NCBI GenBank assembly: GCA_964291625.2 | Contig: OZ220089.1 | Coordinates: 1,216,001 to 1,280,000, forward strand | Direction of reading: 5' to 3' | Length of the DNA stretch: 64,000 nt | DNA from: Candidatus Latescibacterota bacterium | GTDB taxonomy: Bacteria > Latescibacterota > UBA2968 > UBA8231 | Part shown: piece after piece, positions 59,710-64,000 of the stretch | Numbering within the stretch: the stretch's first letter is position 1 | Layout of the letters: every line of letters starts with the position of its first letter | Program-made: the position numbers and the translations under genes | The notes under the pieces: model-generated | The model's database searches: none | Told to the model about the DNA's origin: nothing | What the model saw: the letters and a program-made list of their open reading frames with translations, nothing else

Positions 59710-59992
59710 GGGGGCAGCGGTTCCTTGCGCGGGACACCCGTGGGGTTCTCTTCCCCGGGCCGGCAATATAGGCGGGAGCGGGCGCAGGCAGGGCGCCGCC
59801 CCCTGTCGCTGAGGATCCGGCCAGGACCGGCGCGGCGCTCGGGGGGGCTTCCGCCTCCCGGCCTCCGAGTCCGCCAAGCCGCCCACCTGGCAGAGATAGA
59901 GACCGGGGGGCGCCAGGCCCGACACCGGTTGGCCGCGGCATGCCCCCCCTCTATCTTGCCGATCCTCGCAAACGCCACCGGAGAGACCTCCG

Positions 59993-60808
59993 ATGCTGAC
60001 GCAAGAACAACTGCAGCACTTCGACGTCTTCGGCTTCCTCTGCCTGCGCCAGATCTTCTCCCCGGAGGAGATGCAGGAGATCACCGAGGCCGCCGACCAG
60101 CTGTGGCTCGAGGACCGTGGCGGAGAGCCCGACGACGGGCGGCCCCAGAGCCTGGGGAAGTTCGCCGAGCACAGCCCCCGGCTCCTGGACCTGGCGGAGG
60201 ACGACCGCATCTTCGGCGTCGCCTCCGACCTGCTGGGCCCCGGCTTCCTGTGGTCGGGATCGGAGGGCAACAAGGACGGAGCCGACGACGGGGAGCACAA
60301 CTGGCACGCCGACCGCCCCGGGGCCGCCGAGACCGAGTACCGTCGGCTCAAGATGATGGTCTACCTGGCGCCCACCACCCGGGACCGGGGCGCGCTGCGG
60401 GTGATCCCCGGCTCCCACCGCATGCCCTTCCACGAGTGGCTGTGGCCCCTGCAGGCCAACCACTTCAAGGACGGCACCGTGGGCGACAGCTTCGGCCTGG
60501 ACGGGGGCGAGGAGGTCCCCTGCTGCCCCCTGGAGACGATGCCCGGCGACGTGGTCTACTTCCACCACAGCCTCTTCCACTCCGCCTACGGCAAGTTCCC
60601 CGAGCGCCGCTACGTCGCCTTCAAGTTCGTCACCCCGCCCGACACCGAGGCCAAGCTGCGCTCGATGAAGCACTACGCGGGCCACGCCTTCGACGTCGAC
60701 CCCGCCCTCCTGGCCCGGCCGCGCCTGCGGACGATCACGGAAGGCCTGCTGGAGCTGGGAGAGAAGGCGGCGGCTCTCACCGACGGCGAGGGCTCCCAAG
60801 ATCGATGA
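59993..60808 (+). CDS. PhyH-family dioxygenase
   Basis: FDVFGFL, WHAD, LRVIPGSH and LFHS. Confidence 0.88.
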   Translation: MLTQEQLQHFDVFGFLCLRQIFSPEEMQEITEAADQLWLEDRGGEPDDGRPQSLGKFAEHSPRLLDLAEDDRIFGVASDLLGPGFLWSGSEGNKDGADDGEHNWHADRPGAAETEYRRLKMMVYLAPTTRDRGALRVIPGSHRMPFHEWLWPLQANHFKDGTVGDSFGLDGGEEVPCCPLETMPGDVVYFHHSLFHSAYGKFPERRYVAFKFVTPPDTEAKLRSMKHYAGHAFDVDPALLARPRLRTITEGLLELGEKAAALTDGEGSQDR

Positions 60809-60887
60809 CGGGGCCGCGGCATCCGGCGGGCGCTGGCAGGCCGACACGCTTCCGGGAATGATGGCCGGGCGACGCGCCTCGAATCGT

Positions 60888-62165
60888 ATGGCAGAGTGTG
60901 GCCCGACCGTCGAGCCATGGCACGTGCCCCGCATCCTCGCGGTCGATCCCACCGGTCCGAGGGTATCGGCGCGAGTCGGCGAAGCCGTGGCGCTGCGGCT
61001 GGAGCTGGAGCCCTTGCAGCGTCTGCCCACCAGGCAGGAGTGGCGGCGCCTCCCCGGGCCGATCCTCTCGGCCGCCGCCACGCGCCAGCACTGGTGCCGG
61101 GTGATCCTCTACATGCCCTGCGTGGTCCGGGCCGACGGCCTCTTCAAAATGTGGTACGTGGGCAGCTCCGATCACGCCCGCGCGCCTTCGTACATACACC
61201 TGGGATATGCCGAGTCCACGGACGGACTGCGCTGGGAGGAAGACCCGCACAACCCCATCGTCACCGACGACGCCATCCCCTGGGGGCACAGGTTCCAGGC
61301 GCCCCACGTCCTCTACGACCTGCAGGACCGGGTCTACAAGATGTGGTTCACGGCCGTGGACCAGGCCGACACCGAAGGCGCCCCGTACCTGAACCAGCGC
61401 GTCGGCTACGGCGAGAGCCCGGACGGGCTCTCCTGGACCTTCCATCCCGGGCCGGTGCTGAGGACGGGGAGACGACCCTGCGTGCTGAAGCTGGACGACG
61501 GGACGTACCGCATGTGGGTGAACGCGCCGTCGAAGGAGGACCCCGATCTGAAGATGACCCTGAACATCGCCTCCTTCCGCTCCGCCGACGGTCTGCACTG
61601 GGAGCCGGAAGGGGACGCCGTCCGCTACGGCGGCATGTACCGCTCCTGCGTCTATCCCTTCGTGATGCCGGACCGGGGCGGGCTGGCCATGTGGTTCGGC
61701 GGCCACCGGGACGGCGGGTACTTCGACATCTCCTTCGGTCGCGCCCACGACGGCCGCACCTGGTACTACCAGAACGACATGCCCATCTTCCCGCCGAGCC
61801 CCGACCGGCAGGCCTTCGACGCCCGCTACACTTCCACCCCCCACGTGGTCAAGCTGCCGGGCCGCTACCTGATGTACTACTCGGCCCGCGACCTCGATGA
61901 TTGGTGGACCGCCCCCGACGGCTCCCGCCAGCGGGACCCGGACGGCGTCTACCGCCACATCGGGTGCGCGGAGCTGCCCGTCTCCGAGGCTGAGGACCCG
62001 GATCTGCAGCTCTCCTGGTCCGCCGACGGCGAGGCGATCCCCGGGGAGGGAGGGTCCCGGCGCTTCCTGGCGGAGACGGCCGGACTCTACCGGGTCACGT
62101 GCCGCGCTGAGAACGTCAACGGTTCCGCCGAGTACACCTGGGACGTGGAGGTGACCGATGGATAG
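60888..62165 (+). CDS. Five-bladed beta-propeller glycosidase-like protein with Ig-like C-terminus (start uncertain)
   Basis: Repeated KMWY / YAESxDGLxW blades. Confidence 0.65.
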   Translation: MAECGPTVEPWHVPRILAVDPTGPRVSARVGEAVALRLELEPLQRLPTRQEWRRLPGPILSAAATRQHWCRVILYMPCVVRADGLFKMWYVGSSDHARAPSYIHLGYAESTDGLRWEEDPHNPIVTDDAIPWGHRFQAPHVLYDLQDRVYKMWFTAVDQADTEGAPYLNQRVGYGESPDGLSWTFHPGPVLRTGRRPCVLKLDDGTYRMWVNAPSKEDPDLKMTLNIASFRSADGLHWEPEGDAVRYGGMYRSCVYPFVMPDRGGLAMWFGGHRDGGYFDISFGRAHDGRTWYYQNDMPIFPPSPDRQAFDARYTSTPHVVKLPGRYLMYYSARDLDDWWTAPDGSRQRDPDGVYRHIGCAELPVSEAEDPDLQLSWSADGEAIPGEGGSRRFLAETAGLYRVTCRAENVNGSAEYTWDVEVTDG

Positions 62166-62988
62166 GCCGGAGGATCAACAGCAGGTCAACGTCTATGCCC
62201 CCACCTGTCTCGACATCTGGCTGAACGAACCCCGAAACGCTCCCGAGAGCAGGGCGCCCGCCAACCTGCTGCGCCTGTGGTTTCCCGAGTCGATCCTGGC
62301 CCATGACTCCAAGGACAATCTCCTTTGGGAGTACACCTTCGAGAGGCGAAGCGCCTCGTGGAAATACGTGAACGAGTCGATGGGCGACATGAAGAGGGGA
62401 CAGGCGGTCCGCAAGGTCCTCCACAGCGTCGATGCGTTCGACGGACTGGCCCTCATCGACTGCAGCGCCCGGTGGCGAGAGACCGATATCGACCTCGCCC
62501 TGAGAATCACCAACATCGGCCGCACGCCATGGTCGCGTCTGCAGACCAGCATCTGCCTGCAGCGGCCGGCGGCCCCGGACTACCTGGACGAAGACGACAC
62601 CCGGACCTACCTGGTCAGCGACGAGGGATTCGTCGCCAGCGCCGACCTCGTCTTCCCTCCGCGCCGCAGGTTGGTCTATGCCTGGATGGGTGAAGAGCTG
62701 CCGATGAAGGAGGGCGCGAGGCGCCGATTGGCGGCGCCAGCCCTGTTCGTGGTCTCGAGAGACGAGCGCTATGTCCTCGGGTATGCCTGGCAGCAGGCGC
62801 GGCGGCTCTTCCTCAACCGGGCCGGATGCGTCAGGTGCCTTCATTCCGACCCTGAGTTCGGCCCTTGCGAGCCTCAGCACCAGCAGCAGCGACAGGGTAT
62901 CATCTTCGTGAACGAGGGGACCCTCGAGGACGCGTACCACCGCTACTGCGCCTGGAACGACATGAACGACCCGTCCGACAATGGATAG
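62158..62988 (+). CDS. Hypothetical protein
   Basis: 276-aa ORF overlapping both neighbours, GGAGG RBS, CLHSDP motif. Confidence 0.65.
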   Translation: MDRPEDQQQVNVYAPTCLDIWLNEPRNAPESRAPANLLRLWFPESILAHDSKDNLLWEYTFERRSASWKYVNESMGDMKRGQAVRKVLHSVDAFDGLALIDCSARWRETDIDLALRITNIGRTPWSRLQTSICLQRPAAPDYLDEDDTRTYLVSDEGFVASADLVFPPRRRLVYAWMGEELPMKEGARRRLAAPALFVVSRDERYVLGYAWQQARRLFLNRAGCVRCLHSDPEFGPCEPQHQQQRQGIIFVNEGTLEDAYHRYCAWNDMNDPSDNG

Positions 62989-63892
62989 GCCGGTGGTCCT
63001 GGCCGCCGGCGGCCGGGCGCGCTGCTCGGTGGAGGTGGCGGCGGACCCGACGCCGGGGGAGGAGACGGCCGCCCGGGAGCTGGCGTGCTCGCCCCACGGG
63101 TTCGCCGCCTTCAACCGGCCCCTCGAGGACCCCGCGGGGAACCACTGGGTCTTCCAGCGGGCCATCGAGGGCTGGGCGGAGCTTGGAGTGCCCCTGGCCT
63201 ACTACGGGTACAACCCGCACAGCACCTTCGCCCACGCCCCGTTCCCGGCGGGGCGGCGGTTCCACCAGGACATCCGCTGGCTGCACCGCCGCGGCTTCGT
63301 GGGCGCCCAGTTCCAGAGCGAGGGCACCCTGTGGGGCTTCTACGGACTGAACCACCTGGTGCAGTCCCGGACGATGTGGGACGTGGACGTCGACTTCGAC
63401 GCCCTCCAGCAGGACTACTTCCGCTGCCTGTACGGCGCGGCGGCCGAGCCGGTGCGGGACCTCCACGAAGCCTTCGAGCAGGCCCTCGTGGAGCACGAGC
63501 CGATGATGAAGGGTCTCGGCGCCTTCCTGTCGCCGGAGGTGATCGCCCGGGGGAAGGAACTGATCCGCGAGGGCCGGGAGGCGAAAGGCTCGGACCAGGT
63601 CCGGGTCCGCCTGGACGTGCTGGCGGCCCAGGTGGAGTACGGCGACCGGCTCATGGGCGCCCGGCGGGCGGCCGAGACCTGGAACCGCACGAAGGACCCC
63701 GCCCACCTGGAGGCCCTGCTCCGCACACGGGACTCCGTGGTGAGCCACGTCGAGGACAACCCCGTGGACGGCGCCTACCACCTGGGCGGCGTCGGCGGCC
63801 AGCGGGGCAACATCAACAACTACCTGTCGGGGAACCTCTGGGGGGTGGAGGAGATCAAGGACCACCCCTTCAGGATGTTGCAGAAAAGGTGA
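62981..63892 (+). CDS. DUF4838-like protein, apparently internally deleted
   Basis: N-terminal E..AAREL joins directly to C-terminal-type motifs (WDVDVD, DYF..LYGAAAEPV). Confidence 0.5.
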   Translation: MDRPVVLAAGGRARCSVEVAADPTPGEETAARELACSPHGFAAFNRPLEDPAGNHWVFQRAIEGWAELGVPLAYYGYNPHSTFAHAPFPAGRRFHQDIRWLHRRGFVGAQFQSEGTLWGFYGLNHLVQSRTMWDVDVDFDALQQDYFRCLYGAAAEPVRDLHEAFEQALVEHEPMMKGLGAFLSPEVIARGKELIREGREAKGSDQVRVRLDVLAAQVEYGDRLMGARRAAETWNRTKDPAHLEALLRTRDSVVSHVEDNPVDGAYHLGGVGGQRGNINNYLSGNLWGVEEIKDHPFRMLQKR

Positions 63893-63896
63893 GCGT

Positions 63897-64000
63897 ATGT
63901 TCAGTGATGTGCACGTCTTTGAAGTCGAGGCTCCGTATTTCACCAGGGGGATGAACGGAGACATCGCGGAGCTTCGGGACGGCCGGCTGTTGTATGCCTT
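63897..64000 (+). CDS. Probable BNR/sialidase-family protein, 3'-partial
   Basis: MFSDVH...GDIAELRDGRLLYA, open to the window end. Confidence 0.45.
   Translation, partial: MFSDVHVFEVEAPYFTRGMNGDIAELRDGRLLYA

Overview
High-GC bacterial chromosomal window with about 55 genes and no rRNA, tRNA, CRISPR array, integrase or intact transposase that I could recognise. Three secreted proteins end in an FlgD-Ig/'NYPNPFN' C-terminal domain, one ends in a 'SWGQVK' tail, and there are many PhyH dioxygenases and carbohydrate-catabolic genes. This suggests a Latescibacterota-like (FCB-group), possibly sponge-associated organism (inference). The metabolic genes are interrupted by single lower-GC defence/TA islets: YgjP+GmrSD, a small protein+HEPN pair, an AAA ATPase+DUF4276-like pair, a MTase+putative REase pair and vapBC. 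Most interesting: (1) a voltage-gated-type ion channel with a non-canonical TGGYPD filter and a phage-baseplate-like two-repeat domain in its S1-S2 loop; (2) a tandem pair of secreted HExxH proteins in which the second lacks the catalytic Glu (HYFQH) and shares patches of identical DNA with the first; (3) a B12-type CarH/LitR regulator with 11-bp-phased TnnACA repeats heading a cfa/DUF1365/DUF1295 lipid-modification operon; (4) a PhyH protein with a halogenase-like HxG motif; (5) a secreted stand-alone tandem Cache protein. Several frameshifts and gene remnants may be decay or assembly errors. All family calls come from motif recognition, not database searches.
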